Part shown: piece by piece, positions 21,613 through 32,729 of the stretch
Layout of the letters: every line of letters starts with the position of its first letter
Position numbering within the stretch: the first letter of the stretch is position 1
Assembly: GCA_963828735.1 (NCBI GenBank)
Contig: CAWHFW010000004.1
Coordinates: forward strand, 128,001 to 192,000
DNA: 64,000 bases
Direction: 5' to 3'
DNA from: an uncultured Gemmatimonadales bacterium
GTDB lineage: Bacteria > Gemmatimonadota > Gemmatimonadetes > Gemmatimonadales > GWC2-71-9
Notes under the pieces: model-generated
What the model saw: only the letters and a program-made list of their open reading frames with translations
What the model was told of the DNA's origin: nothing
The model's database searches: none
Program-made: the position numbers and the translations under genes

Positions 21613-21692
21613 CGGCGTTGCTTGAGCGCCGGGCGGCGCCGGCGCCTTTCGATTTGGCGCCGTCCGCCTCACACAGCAGTGCCAAGTGCCGC

Positions 21693-21721
21693 TTCCAGAT
21701 CCACTTGTGCCCTTTTACCTT
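21693..21721 (+). promoter_or_regulatory. Putative promoter of mre operon
   Basis: TTCCAG-N17-TACCTT. Confidence 0.45.
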
Positions 21722-21748
21722 GTGAACCATGCGCCTGACGGCCATCTG

Positions 21749-22786
21749 ATGAAGCTTCCATCGCTGAATCTGACGTCCTGGCTCCCCGCGAATGAAATCG
21801 CGGTGGATCTCGGCACGGCCAATACCCTCGTGTACGTGAAGGGCGAAGGCATCGTCCTCAACGAGCCGTCGGTGGTGGCCATCGAGAAGGCGACGGGGAA
21901 GATCAAGGGTATCGGGCTCGAGGCCAAGCGCATGCTGGGGCGGACGCCCGACGGCATCCTCGCCGTGCGTCCGCTCAAGGACGGCGTCATCGCGGACTTC
22001 GACGTCACCGAGAAGATGCTGCGCTACTTTCTCAAGACGATCATCGACAAGCACGTCTTCCGCGTCAAACCCAAGGTGATCGTCTGCGTGCCCTCGGGCA
22101 TCACCGAAGTCGAGCGCCGCGCCGTCCGCGACTCGGCCGAGACCGCGGGCGCCAAGCAGGTGCTGATGGTCGCGGAGCCGATGGCGGCGGCGATCGGTGT
22201 CGGGCTCCCCGTGGAGACGCCCACCGGCAACATGGTGATCGACATCGGGGGCGGCACGACGGAGATCGCGGTCATCGCGCTCTCGGGCATCGTCTCCGAT
22301 ACGTCCATCCGCACCGGCGGCGACGAGCTCGATCAGGCCATCGTGCAGTTCATGCGCAAGAACTACAACCTGCTGGTCGGCGAGCCGACCGCCGAGGCGA
22401 TCAAGATCAAGATCGGGTCGGCCGCGCCGACCGGCGACGAGCGCGAGATGGAGGTCAAGGGTCGCGACCTCGTGTCGGGGATTCCCAAGACCGTGCGGGT
22501 CCACTCGACCGAAATCCGCGAAGCGGTCCAGGAGCCGATTCAGCAGATCGTGGACGCCGTCCGTCGCGCACTCGAGATCACGCCCCCCGAGCTCGCCAGC
22601 GACATCGTGGACCGTGGCATCGTCATGACCGGCGGTGGCGCGCTCATTCGCGGGCTCGACATCCTGCTCGCGCAGGAAACCGGCCTTCCTATTCACGTCG
22701 ACGAAGACCCGCTCACCTGCGTGGTGCGGGGCACCGGACGCATTCTCGACGACTACGAGAAATATCGCAGCGTCCTGTCGGTCTGA
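21749..22786 (+). CDS. mreB: Rod shape-determining protein MreB
   Basis: [33 protein letters not shown]. Confidence 0.97.
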   Translation: MKLPSLNLTSWLPANEIAVDLGTANTLVYVKGEGIVLNEPSVVAIEKATGKIKGIGLEAKRMLGRTPDGILAVRPLKDGVIADFDVTEKMLRYFLKTIIDKHVFRVKPKVIVCVPSGITEVERRAVRDSAETAGAKQVLMVAEPMAAAIGVGLPVETPTGNMVIDIGGGTTEIAVIALSGIVSDTSIRTGGDELDQAIVQFMRKNYNLLVGEPTAEAIKIKIGSAAPTGDEREMEVKGRDLVSGIPKTVRVHSTEIREAVQEPIQQIVDAVRRALEITPPELASDIVDRGIVMTGGGALIRGLDILLAQETGLPIHVDEDPLTCVVRGTGRILDDYEKYRSVLSV

Positions 22787-22788
22787 GC

Positions 22789-23880
22789 ATGGCCAGCGCG
22801 TCGGAACGCTCGTACACGCGACGGGATACCGTGATGTTCGGCGTCTGCGTCGCCCTGTCGCTGGTGGCTCTGTTCTCCCCCGCCGCCTGGGGCATGGGCA
22901 TCGCGGCGACGCTGCGCCAGTCCGTGCTGGCCCCGCTGGTCTGGCTGCAGGTTAGGGCTGAAGAGGACAAGACCAGCCGCGTCCGCCTCCGCGCCATCAC
23001 CGCCCAACGCGATTCCGCCTCGTACCTCGCCCAGGGCCTGCCGTCGCTGCTCGCCGAGAACGAGCGCCTTCGCCAGCTTCTCACCTTGAGCCACCGCCTG
23101 GCCAGCCCCTACGTCGCTGCCGAAGTGCTTCATCAGTCTCAGGCCACGGACGGCCGCACCCTGCTCCTCAGCGCGGGCTCCCGCGACGGCGTCGCGGCGT
23201 TCGACCCCGTCGTGGCGCCGGAGGGCCTGATCGGGGTGGTCCTGAATGCCGCCGAGCGCACGAGCGTCGTCATGACGTGGGCGCACCCGGAGTTCCGGGT
23301 GAGCGCGTTCACGGTCACGGGCAATGCCGCCGGCGTGGTCGCGCCGTCGCCGTCTGGAGCGGGCGAGAGCGCGCTCGAGTTCCGTGGCGTACCGTATCGC
23401 GACTCGGTCCCCGTCGGCACGCTCGTGCTGTCCTCGGGACTCGGGGGGGTGTATCCGAAAGGGATTCCGGTCGGCACCGTGACGGGCGTCGTGCGCGAGC
23501 AGGCGGGCTGGGAGCGTGTCTATCGGCTGCTGCCGACCGCCAATCCGGGCTCCGCCGCTCACGTGCTCATCCTGGTCGCGCCGACCGGGGATCTTGCGCG
23601 CGCGTTTCCCAGCGACTCCGCGCTCGCCGCCCAGCGACGCGATTCGCTCGAGCGCATTCGCGTGGCGGATTCCGTCGCTCAGGCGGTCCGGACGGCTCGC
23701 GCCCAGCGCGCCGAGTCGCTGGCGGCCGTCAGACGGGACACGACGCGCGTCAAGCCGCGGCCGGCGGTGCGCCCCGACAGCCTCGCTGTACGTCGTCCGA
23801 ATCCAGCCACCGCTCCTGCGGCCGCCGGCCCGGCACCCGCCCCGGCGGCTCCTCCGGCGGCCGGAGACTCGGCCCGATGA
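22789..23880 (+). CDS. mreC: Rod shape-determining protein MreC
   Basis: TM, coiled coil ENERLRQLL, SSGLGGVYPKGIPVG, Pro/Ala tail; synteny. Confidence 0.9.
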   Translation: MASASERSYTRRDTVMFGVCVALSLVALFSPAAWGMGIAATLRQSVLAPLVWLQVRAEEDKTSRVRLRAITAQRDSASYLAQGLPSLLAENERLRQLLTLSHRLASPYVAAEVLHQSQATDGRTLLLSAGSRDGVAAFDPVVAPEGLIGVVLNAAERTSVVMTWAHPEFRVSAFTVTGNAAGVVAPSPSGAGESALEFRGVPYRDSVPVGTLVLSSGLGGVYPKGIPVGTVTGVVREQAGWERVYRLLPTANPGSAAHVLILVAPTGDLARAFPSDSALAAQRRDSLERIRVADSVAQAVRTARAQRAESLAAVRRDTTRVKPRPAVRPDSLAVRRPNPATAPAAAGPAPAPAAPPAAGDSAR

Positions 23881-24374
23881 TCCCGGCCCGGGCCAATCGG
23901 GTGCAGCTCGCGGTGGTGTTGGTGCTGCTCGTCTTGCTGCATTTTTACGTGCGCCCTCGTCTGTGGGGGCCCCGGGTGAGCCCCGATTTCATGTTCGTGG
24001 GCCTCATGCTCTTCGCCATGAGGAGCGGACCCGGGGCTTCGGCGGTCGCGGGGTTCCTCGTCGGGCTGACCGCCGATGCGCTCACGCCGGCCAGGTTCGG
24101 GGCGGGCGCGCTGGCGCATACGGTCGTGGGCTATCTCGCCTCCTGGGCGCGGGCGGTCTTCTTCGCGGACAACCCGCTTGTCAACGCCGCCTTCGTCGCG
24201 GTCGGCCTGTGGATGCGCGATCTCCTGGTGCTCGCGGCAAGCGGGAGCGGCGACCGGTCCTTCCTGACCGAGATTGCCGTGTACAGTCCGCTCCAGGCTC
24301 TGACGTCGGCGCTCTTCGCCCTGGTGATCCTGGTGGCTTTCCGCGAGTGGTTCTCGATCCGTCTGGACGCGTGA
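23877..24374 (+). CDS. mreD: Rod shape-determining protein MreD
   Basis: Hydrophobic 165 aa, PDF..GFLVGLTADAL; synteny. Confidence 0.88.
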   Translation: MIPARANRVQLAVVLVLLVLLHFYVRPRLWGPRVSPDFMFVGLMLFAMRSGPGASAVAGFLVGLTADALTPARFGAGALAHTVVGYLASWARAVFFADNPLVNAAFVAVGLWMRDLLVLAASGSGDRSFLTEIAVYSPLQALTSALFALVILVAFREWFSIRLDA

Positions 24375-24375
24375 G

Positions 24376-26265
24376 ATGAACGGCTTCGACTCCTACCGGG
24401 TGCGGGAGCGCGCCGACGTCGCACGCTGGGTGCTCGTGGCCGCCTTCCTGGTCCTCTCGGGCGCGTTCTTCCGGACGCAGGTCATCCAGCACGACAAGTT
24501 CCAGCTCAAGGCCGAGACGAATCGCCTCCGGCCGATACCGCTGACGCCCCCGCGGGGCGCCATTCTCGACCGGCGCGGTCGCATCATCGCCGAGAACGTC
24601 CCCGGCTATTCCGTCAAGCTGCTCGCGTCGAGCCCGGACTCGCTCCAGGCGGTGCTGACCCGCGTGGACCGCTACGTCCCGCTCGACACGTCCGAGACCA
24701 GCGAAATCCTCCGCCGCTTCGCCGCGGCCCGCTACCAGCCCGTCGTGGTCTTCGGCGACGCGACCTTCGAGACGGTGGCGCGGCTGGAGGAGCATCGCGC
24801 GGTGCTGCCGGGACTCGTCATCCAGTCGGAGCCCAAGCGCCTCTATCCCGCCGGCAAGGCGGTCGCCCATCTGGTCGGCTACGTCTCCGAGGTGACGGAA
24901 TCCGATCTGAGCGAGAACCGGTTTCCCGGCGCGCGGCTCGGGTCGATCGTCGGCAAGGCGGGCCTCGAGCGGGAGTACGACGACTCGCTGCGGGGTGCCG
25001 AGGGGGTCCGGTACATCGAGGTCAACGCGCGCGGCCGGCTCGTTCGCGAGGAGGCCAGCACCGCCTCGCTGCCGCCGACACCGGGCCAGCCGATCCGTAC
25101 CACGATCGATCTCGATCTCCAGCGGTTCATCGACAGCATCTGGCCGGCCGGGACTCGCGGCGCGATGGTCGCGATGACGCCCACGGGCGAGGTCCGCGCA
25201 CTGTACTCGGCGCCGAGCTACGATCCCAACGCGTTCGTGGGCGGGATCTCGACCGCCTTGTGGCGCTCGCTGAACGAGGACGAGGCGCGTCCGCTGCTCA
25301 ACCGCGCGATCCAGACCCGGTATCCGCCGGCCTCGCCGTTCAAGCTGGCGATCGCCGCGATGGCGCTCAAACGGGGTCTGATCGGGCTCGACACCCACAT
25401 GCCGACCCCGTGCCGCGGCGGCCTGCGGCTCGGCAACCGGGTATTCCGCTGCTGGAAGAAGGAAGGCCACGGCTCGCTCGACCTCGTCGGCGCCGTCGCG
25501 TCGAGCTGCGACGTCTACTTCTACCAGCTCGGGCTGCGTCTCGGCCTGACGGCCATCGTCCAGGACGGCGTGTTGATGGGCTTCCGCGACCCGAGCGGGA
25601 TCGACCTGGAGAACGAGGTGGATCCGATCTTCCCGGCGTCGACCGCGTATTTCGATCGTCTCTACGGCCCGCGCAACTGGAGTCCCCCCGCGACCACGCT
25701 CAACTTCTCGATCGGTCAGGGTGAGAACACGCAGACCCTGGTCAACATGATGCGGTTCTACGAGGGGCTCGCGGGGGACGGGAGCGCGGCGTCCCCGTTC
25801 ATCGTCCGCCCCGCCGAGGCGAAGCCGCGGAACCTCGGCCTGTCGAGCGCGCAGCTCGACGGGCCTCCGGCGCGCGCTCATCGCCGTGGTCGAGCGCGGG
25901 AACCGCGGTCGCGAGCCGGCACTCGGACCTGGCCGTGGCCGGGAAGACGGGCACGGCGCAGAATCCGCACGGCAAGGACCACGGCTGGTTCATCGGCTTT
26001 GCACCGGCGGAGAAGCCTGAGCTGATCGTGGGCGGGATCATGGAGTTCGCCGAGCACGGAACGACGGTGGCACCGTATGTCATCCGCACCCTCCGCCGCT
26101 ACCTCCTGGGACCGGACACGACCGGCACGCCATCAAGATGACAGATGCTCCTCGACGAGACGGTGGGGCCCCGACACCGCGCCCCGACCCGTCGAGCTCG
26201 ACCCCGATTCGGCCGCGGCACGCGCTCAGGAGGACAGTATCCGCCGAACGGAGATTCGTCCGTGA
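24376..26265 (+). CDS. mrdA: Penicillin-binding protein 2, with several indels in the 3' part (likely sequencing errors)
   Basis: PRGAILDRRG, NRAIQ..YPPASPFK (SxxK), SCD (SxN-like), KTG motif in a shifted frame at about 25945; frame breaks near 25862, 25899, 26130-26141 and 26168. Confidence 0.88.
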
Positions 26266-27503
26266 GGGCCGCCGCGATCGATCGCCGGCTCCTCTGGGTG
26301 AGCCTCGCGCTGATGACCTTCGGCCTGCTGACGCTCTACTCCGCCGGGCAGACCGACGTGCCCACCCACGCGGCGGGCGTGTGGTACCGTCAGTTCATCT
26401 GGTTCGGCGTCGGGGTGGTCGCCGGCTGGATGGTGTTCCACTTATCGCTCCGGCTGCTCGAGTGGCTCGCACCGGCGCTCTACGGATTCAGCCTGATTCT
26501 GCTCGCGCTGGTGCTCGTCATCGGCACCGGGGCGGGCACCGCGCAGAGCAGCCACAGCTGGCTCTCGGTTGGCGGCCACCAGATCGGCCAGCCGTCGGAG
26601 TTCGCCAAGGTCGCCACGGTGCTCATGCTCGCACGGTATCTCTCGAGCCGGAAGGAGCCGCCCCGCTCGCTTCGCGATCTCCTGATGCCCGGGCTCATCG
26701 TCGGCGTGCCCTTCCTCCTCGTGCTCAAGCAGCCCGACCTCGGCAGCGCGATCGTCTTCATCGGCATCGCCTTCGCGATGCTCTTCTGGGCCGGCGTCCG
26801 GCCTCGCCTGCTGTTCATGATCGCGTCGCCCGGGCTGAGCCTGCTGCTCGCCTTCAACAATTGGACGTGGGGCGCGTGGATGGTCGCATTCACCGCGTTG
26901 CTGGTGCTCTGGCGGCCCTACGTCTACGACTCGCTGGTCTTCTGGTTCCTGAATGTGGCGATGGGGACGATCGCGCTCCCGCTCTGGCAGCGGCTGGCGC
27001 CCTATCAGCAGAACCGTCTCCTCACGTTCCTCAATCCCGAAGCCGATCCGCGGGCGGCCGGGTACCACGCCATCCAGTCGCGCGTCGCCATCGGGTCCGG
27101 CGGCTGGTTCGGGACCGGCTATACCCAGGGCCCGCAGAAGCGGCTGGCGTTCCTGCCGGAGCAGCACACCGACTTCGTGTTCCCGGTTGTCGGAGAGGAG
27201 CTCGGCTTCGTCGGCGTGATGGTCGCCCTGTCACTCTTCCTGGCGCTCTTCCTCGCGCTGCTCCGGATCGCCCGGCGGGCGACCGACAGTTTCAGCAGCC
27301 TGGTGACCTTCGGCATTCTGGCGCTGTTCTTCACGCACGTGTTCGAGAACGTCGGCATGACCGTGAACCTGATGCCGATCACCGGCATTCCGCTGCCGTT
27401 CTTCTCCTACGGCGGCTCGTTCTTCATCATCTGCTCGCTCTGCCTCGGACTGGCATTCCGGGTGGCGTGGGACTCGAGGCAGGCTGGCCATCCTGATATC
27501 TGA
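26262..27503 (+). CDS. rodA: Rod shape-determining protein RodA (SEDS)
   Basis: QPSEFAK, QPDLGSA, LPEQHTDF, PITGIPLPFFSYGGS; GTG start overlapping the reconstructed mrdA stop. Confidence 0.94.
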   Translation: MRAAAIDRRLLWVSLALMTFGLLTLYSAGQTDVPTHAAGVWYRQFIWFGVGVVAGWMVFHLSLRLLEWLAPALYGFSLILLALVLVIGTGAGTAQSSHSWLSVGGHQIGQPSEFAKVATVLMLARYLSSRKEPPRSLRDLLMPGLIVGVPFLLVLKQPDLGSAIVFIGIAFAMLFWAGVRPRLLFMIASPGLSLLLAFNNWTWGAWMVAFTALLVLWRPYVYDSLVFWFLNVAMGTIALPLWQRLAPYQQNRLLTFLNPEADPRAAGYHAIQSRVAIGSGGWFGTGYTQGPQKRLAFLPEQHTDFVFPVVGEELGFVGVMVALSLFLALFLALLRIARRATDSFSSLVTFGILALFFTHVFENVGMTVNLMPITGIPLPFFSYGGSFFIICSLCLGLAFRVAWDSRQAGHPDI

Positions 27504-27616
27504 CAACAGCTTACGACCATGGGTCTGGCGTTTGGGCGGGGGATGGCCGAAATTGCATGGATTCGGCTGCTCCCTTGCCTCCTTCACTCTGGCGAACCCT
27601 ACCTCCTATGGCCGTG

Positions 27617-28483
27617 ATGGCATGGTTTAAGAAGGAACGCAAGCCTCGGACGTCGCAGCGCGAGCGGTTGGAGATCCCGCCCGACGCGTGGGAAAAGTGT
27701 GACGGCTGCGGGCACATCGACCTCCGGGAGAAGTTCGAGAAGGCGCTCAACGTCTGTCCCGAATGCGGGCGGCACCGCCGTATCGGGGCGGAGGAGTACG
27801 TCGAGCTCCTCACCGATCCCGGAAGCTGGCGCGAGCTGTGGGGCAATCTTCGCTCGGCCGACCCGCTCCATTTCGAGCACTATGCGGAGCGGCTGGTGTC
27901 GGCCAGGAAGAAGGGCGGACAGGCCGACGCGATCTACACCGGCACCGCCAAGGTCGATGGGTTGTCGCTCAATCTCGGGGTGATGAATTTCGCTTTCATG
28001 GGCGGATCGATGGGATCGGTGGTCGGCGAGAAGATCGCACGGCTGGCGCGGCGCTCGCACGAGAAGAAGATCCCGCTGGTCCTCGTCTCCGCGTCGGGCG
28101 GCGCCCGCATGCAGGAAGGCGTGCTCTCCCTGATGCAGATGGCCAAGACCTCGGCCGCGATCGCTCTCCTGAACCGCGACTCCATCCCGTACATCTCGAT
28201 TCTCACGGACCCGACGACCGGCGGCGTGTCGGCCTCGTACGCCATGCAGGGCGACGTGATCCTCGCCGAGCCGGGCGCGCTGATCGGGTTCGCGGGACAG
28301 CGGGTCATCAAGCAGACGATCGGCCAGGACCTGCCGGAGGGATTCCAGACCGCGGAGTTTCTGCTGGAGCACGGCCAGATCGACGACGTCGTCCCGCGCG
28401 GCTCGTTGCGCGACACGACGGCGCGACTTCTACGGCATATGCAGGGCCAGCGCCCGCACGTGGAGCACGCAGAGCTGAGCTGA
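27617..28483 (+). CDS. accD: Acetyl-CoA carboxylase carboxyltransferase beta (alt start 27608)
   Basis: CxxC..CxxC zinc finger, FMGGSMGSVVGEK, SGGARMQEG, PTTGGVSAS. Confidence 0.95.
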   Translation: MAWFKKERKPRTSQRERLEIPPDAWEKCDGCGHIDLREKFEKALNVCPECGRHRRIGAEEYVELLTDPGSWRELWGNLRSADPLHFEHYAERLVSARKKGGQADAIYTGTAKVDGLSLNLGVMNFAFMGGSMGSVVGEKIARLARRSHEKKIPLVLVSASGGARMQEGVLSLMQMAKTSAAIALLNRDSIPYISILTDPTTGGVSASYAMQGDVILAEPGALIGFAGQRVIKQTIGQDLPEGFQTAEFLLEHGQIDDVVPRGSLRDTTARLLRHMQGQRPHVEHAELS

Positions 28484-28504
28484 CGGAGGCCGACCCCGGA
28501 CCGT

Positions 28505-28542
28505 ACGCCCCACCCGGTAAGCCGCGGTGGGGCGTTGTCGTT
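28505..28542 (+). terminator. Stem-loop/terminator after accD
   Basis: acgccccacc...ggtggggcgt followed by tgtcgtt. Confidence 0.5.
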
Positions 28543-28666
28543 GGGGCGGGGTCCTCCGCGAACGCCGTGGGAGCCGCCTCACGGGCGGCTCGCGCCGCGA
28601 CGATCGGGTGACCGTCGGGATGGCGACATTCCAGTGCCACGCTTCGGGAGGGCGAACACCGCACCC

Positions 28667-29908
28667 ATGCCGCTGACGTACGACGACGCACTCCAATTCC
28701 TCTTTCCCCGGACCACGACCATCAAGTTCGGGCTCGCCACGACGCGCGCGCTGCTCAAGGCGCTCGGGAACCCCCACGAAGTCATGCCGTCGATTCACGT
28801 CGGGGGGACGAACGGGAAGGGAAGCGTGACCACGCTGGTCGCGTCGGCGCTGGCAGAGGCCGGCTGGCGCGTCGGCCTCTACACGTCGCCGCATCTGATC
28901 TCGTTCCGGGAGCGGATCCGGGTCGACGGCGTTCCCATCGGCGAGGACGCGATGGCGATGTGGACCGACCGGCTCCAGCCACTGATCCTCGAGCGCAAGG
29001 CCACGTTCTTCGAGGTCAGCACGGCCATCGCATTCGCGGACTTCGCCGCCCGCGGCGCCGAGATTGTCGTGGCCGAGGTCGGGCTCGGGGGCCGGCTCGA
29101 CAGTACCAACGTGCTCCGACCGCTCGTGAGCGCGGTGACCAAGATCGAGCGCGACCACATGAAGTACCTGGGCGACACGCTGGAGCTCATCGCCGCCGAG
29201 AAGGCCGGCATCGCGAAGCCGGGCGTGCCGTTCGTCATCGGGGAGCGCGACCCGACCCTGGTGGACGTGCTGCGCCGCGAGGCGAAAAAAGCGGTCGCCC
29301 GCCTCGACGGCGGCAGCCGCGCCGACATTCGCGTGCTGCCGCCGGAATACGAATGGACGGGCCCGCTCAGCCTCGCCGGCCCGCATCAGCGTCGGAACGC
29401 CGCGGTCGCGCACGGCATTCTGATGGCGCTGCCCGCGCCCTACCGCCCGCCATTGGAGGCGATCCACGCGGGGTTCTCCTCCGCGCGCGCGCCGGGCCGA
29501 CTCGACCGGCGCGGCAAGTGGCTGTTCGATGTCGCGCACAACCCCGACGGCATCCGGGCGCTCGTGAAATCAATCGATGCGCTCCGGCCGCCCCGCCCGC
29601 TCCATGCGCTCGTCTCGATCCTGGGTGACAAGGAGTGGCCGGACATGCTGGTACAGCTGGACCGGGTGATCGACCGCGGGGTGCTCACCGTGGCGCCCAC
29701 GGCCGCGAGTCGAGGATGGAACGCCGTGTGGCTTCGCCGCTGGCTCCGCGACCGCGGCCGGCCGCCCGCGCGCGCCGCGTGGACGCTCGTGCCCGACTTC
29801 CGCCAGGCGCTCGAGACGGTGCAGGAGGGTGCCGGGACCGTGCTCGTCACCGGCTCGTTCCACACCGTCGGCGACGTGATGACGGCCCTCGGCATGGAGG
29901 TGGTGTAG
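28667..29908 (+). CDS. folC: Folylpolyglutamate synthase/dihydrofolate synthase
   Basis: HVGGTNGKGS, YTSPHL, EVGLGGRLDSTN, DVAHNPDG; follows accD. Confidence 0.94.
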   Translation: MPLTYDDALQFLFPRTTTIKFGLATTRALLKALGNPHEVMPSIHVGGTNGKGSVTTLVASALAEAGWRVGLYTSPHLISFRERIRVDGVPIGEDAMAMWTDRLQPLILERKATFFEVSTAIAFADFAARGAEIVVAEVGLGGRLDSTNVLRPLVSAVTKIERDHMKYLGDTLELIAAEKAGIAKPGVPFVIGERDPTLVDVLRREAKKAVARLDGGSRADIRVLPPEYEWTGPLSLAGPHQRRNAAVAHGILMALPAPYRPPLEAIHAGFSSARAPGRLDRRGKWLFDVAHNPDGIRALVKSIDALRPPRPLHALVSILGDKEWPDMLVQLDRVIDRGVLTVAPTAASRGWNAVWLRRWLRDRGRPPARAAWTLVPDFRQALETVQEGAGTVLVTGSFHTVGDVMTALGMEVV

Positions 29909-29935
29909 GGTCCTCGGTGCGACTATGTTCTCCCC

Positions 29936-31236
29936 ATGCAAACCAAGGCCCTGCCGGGCTTTCGGGACTTTTACCCCGCCGATCTCGCCCTGCGCTCGCA
30001 CATCTTCCGGACCTGGCGGACCGTGGCGACGCGCTACGGGTTCGAGGAGTACGACGGCCCGCCGCTCGAGCCGCTGGAGCTGTACACGGCGAAGAGCGGC
30101 GACGAGATCGTGGGGCAGCTCTACAGCTTCATGGACAAGGGCGGACGCGACGTCGCGCTGCGCCCGGAAATGACGCCGACCCTCGCCCGGATGGTGGCCG
30201 CCCGCGCCAACGGGCTCAAGAAGCCGATCCGCTGGTTCGCCGTCCCCCAGCTCTTCCGCTACGAGCGCCAGCAACGGGGGCGGCTTCGAGAGCACTTCCA
30301 GCTCAACTGCGACCTGATCGGCGAGCCGGGGCCGCTCGGAGACGCGGAGATCATCGCGCTGGCGATCGACGTCATGCGCGCCTTCGGCCTCGGCCCCGGC
30401 GACGTCCGCGTGCGGTTGTCCGATCGCCGCGTGCTGCGGGCCCTGCTCCTGGGGGCGGGCGTCGGCGAGGCCCAGCTTGGCGCGGCATTCCAGGCGGTGG
30501 ACAAGATCGAGCGGGTGGAGCGCGCCGCCCTGGCCGAGCAGCTGAGCGCGGCGGGAATCGGCGCGCCGGCGATCGAAGGCGTCCTCGCGACGGCCGGCCT
30601 CCGCGGGCTCTCGGCGGTCGAGGCGGCGCTCGGCGAGTGCCCGATGGTTCGGCGGCGGGTGAATCGCTGCGCCGCGTCCTGAACGCGCTCACGAGCATGG
30701 GACTCGGCGAGTTCGTCGAGGTGGACCTCACCATCGTCCGCGGGCTCGCGTACTACACCGGCACGGTGTTCGAGCTGTTCGACGCCGGCCGCACCCTGCG
30801 CGCCATCTGCGGCGGAGGTCGGTACGACGGCCTGCTGCAGGCGCTCGGCGGCGTGGACATCCCCGCGCTCGGCTTCGGGATGGGTGACGTGGTGCTGGGC
30901 GAGCTGCTCCGCGAGCGCGGGCTGGCGCCATCGGACGCCTCGAGCATCGACGTCTTCGTCTCGGCCGTCACCGAGGCCGACCTGCCGTTCGTCCTCGCGC
31001 TGGCGCACGAGCTCCGCGACGCGGGCCTTCGCGCGGAATACCCCCTCGGAACCCAGGCGTTGGGGAAGCAGCTCAAGCTGGCCGACGCACGGCACGCGAG
31101 GTTCGCGGTGGTCATTGGACCCGACGACCGAGCCCGGGGCGAGGTGATGGTCAAGGATCTGGAAGGGAAGGGGCAGGAGGCCGTCGCTCGGGAGCGCGTG
31201 ATCGAGCGACTGGTCCAGGGGACTGCGGGTCACTGA
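29936..31236 (+). CDS. hisS: Histidyl-tRNA synthetase, one frameshift near 30635 (likely sequencing error)
   Basis: [27 protein letters not shown] in first frame; [17 protein letters not shown] and anticodon domain in second frame. Confidence 0.93.
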
Positions 31237-31280
31237 CGGGCGACACCGACCGAAGTATTTCGAGTCGTAGAGGAGCGGGA

Positions 31281-32729
31281 ATGGCGGACGCGAAGGCGTT
31301 GACGACACGGGCGGCGGATTTCAGTGCCTGGTACAACGAGCTGATTGCCCGCGCCGAACTGGCGGACTACAGCCCGGTGCGGGGGTGTATGGTCATCCGG
31401 CCGAACGGCTACGCCATCTGGGAACAGATGCAGCGGGCGCTCGACCAGATGTTCAAGGACACCGGTCACCAGAACGCCTATTTCCCGCTGTTCATCCCGC
31501 AGAGCTTCCTGTCGCGGGAGGCGGAGCACGTCGAGGGTTTCGCGCCGGAAACCGCGGTCGTGACGCACGCTGGCGGCAAGGAGCTCGACGAGCCGCTCGT
31601 GGTCCGGCCGACGTCCGAGACGATCATCTACGCCATGTACGCCAAGTGGATCCAGAGCTATCGCGATCTGCCGGTCCTCATCAATCAGTGGGCCAACGTG
31701 GTTCGCTGGGAAATGCGGACGAGATTGTTCCTGCGCACCACCGAGTTTCTCTGGCAGGAGGGCCACACGGCGCATGCCACGGAGGCCGAGGCGGAGGCGG
31801 AGACCCGGCAGATGCTCGGGGTGTACCGGACGTTCATGGAGGAGTGGATGGCGATGCCGGTCCTCACCGGCCGCAAGACCGACAGCGAGCGCTTCGCCGG
31901 CGCGCTCCGGACCTACAGCTGCGAAGCACTCATGCAGGACAACAAGGCGCTGCAGGCCGGCACGAGCCACAACCTCGGCCAGAACTTCTCGCGCGCGTTC
32001 GAGGTGACCTTCCAGACCGCAGCGGGCGACCTCGACCACGTGTGGAATACGTCGTGGGGCGTGTCCACCCGCCTCGTCGGCGCCCTCATCATGACGCATA
32101 GCGACGACGCCGGCCTGGTCTGCCCGCCGCGGCTGGCCCAGTACCAGGTGGTCATCGTGCCGATCTACCGCACCGACGACGAGCGAGGCACCGTCGTAGC
32201 CGCGGCCGACCGGCTGCGCCGGGAGCTGGCCGCCGCGGGGGTCCGGGTCCATCTGGATGCGCGTGAGGGCATCAAGCCGGGAGCCAAATACTACGAGTGG
32301 GAAGGGCGGGGCGTGCCGTTGCGGCTCGAGGTGGGTCCTCGCGACGTCGCCGCCGGCGCGGCCGTGCTGGCCCGTCGGACGGGCGGGAAGAAGGAAACCA
32401 TGCCCGTCGACGGACTCGGCCAGCGGATTCTCGAGGAAATGGAGCGGATGCAGACCGGCCTGCTCGAAACGGCGCGCGCGCGGCGTGAGGCGAACAGCAT
32501 CCGGGGCGCGACCAAGGAGCAGTTCCTGGCCTACATGGAGGCGAACGGCGGCTTCGTATACGCGGGCTTCTGCGGCGGCGGCGCCTGCGAGGCGGAGATC
32601 AAGGAGCAGACCAAGGCCACGATCCGAGTCCTGCCGGACGAGGAGTCCCGTTCGCCGGAGACGCCCAAGACATGCATGTGGTGCGGGCGGCCCAGCGCCT
32701 CCGAGGCGGTGTGGGCCAAGGCGTACTGA
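31281..32729 (+). CDS. proS: Prolyl-tRNA synthetase (archaeal/eukaryotic-type)
   Basis: [31 protein letters not shown]-terminal Zn Cys and AKAY. Confidence 0.95.
   Translation: MADAKALTTRAADFSAWYNELIARAELADYSPVRGCMVIRPNGYAIWEQMQRALDQMFKDTGHQNAYFPLFIPQSFLSREAEHVEGFAPETAVVTHAGGKELDEPLVVRPTSETIIYAMYAKWIQSYRDLPVLINQWANVVRWEMRTRLFLRTTEFLWQEGHTAHATEAEAEAETRQMLGVYRTFMEEWMAMPVLTGRKTDSERFAGALRTYSCEALMQDNKALQAGTSHNLGQNFSRAFEVTFQTAAGDLDHVWNTSWGVSTRLVGALIMTHSDDAGLVCPPRLAQYQVVIVPIYRTDDERGTVVAAADRLRRELAAAGVRVHLDAREGIKPGAKYYEWEGRGVPLRLEVGPRDVAAGAAVLARRTGGKKETMPVDGLGQRILEEMERMQTGLLETARARREANSIRGATKEQFLAYMEANGGFVYAGFCGGGACEAEIKEQTKATIRVLPDEESRSPETPKTCMWCGRPSASEAVWAKAY

Noticed and set aside
24376..31236. Programmed frameshifting or true pseudogenes in mrdA and hisS
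   Set aside because: No slippery sites, indels mostly in short G/C runs, and both are housekeeping genes; consensus error is more parsimonious
31281..32729. Archaeal/eukaryotic-type ProRS (and eukaryote-like PurB at 61636-63075) as recent HGT
   Set aside because: Both types are widespread in bacteria, and the genes are embedded in core operons with ordinary composition
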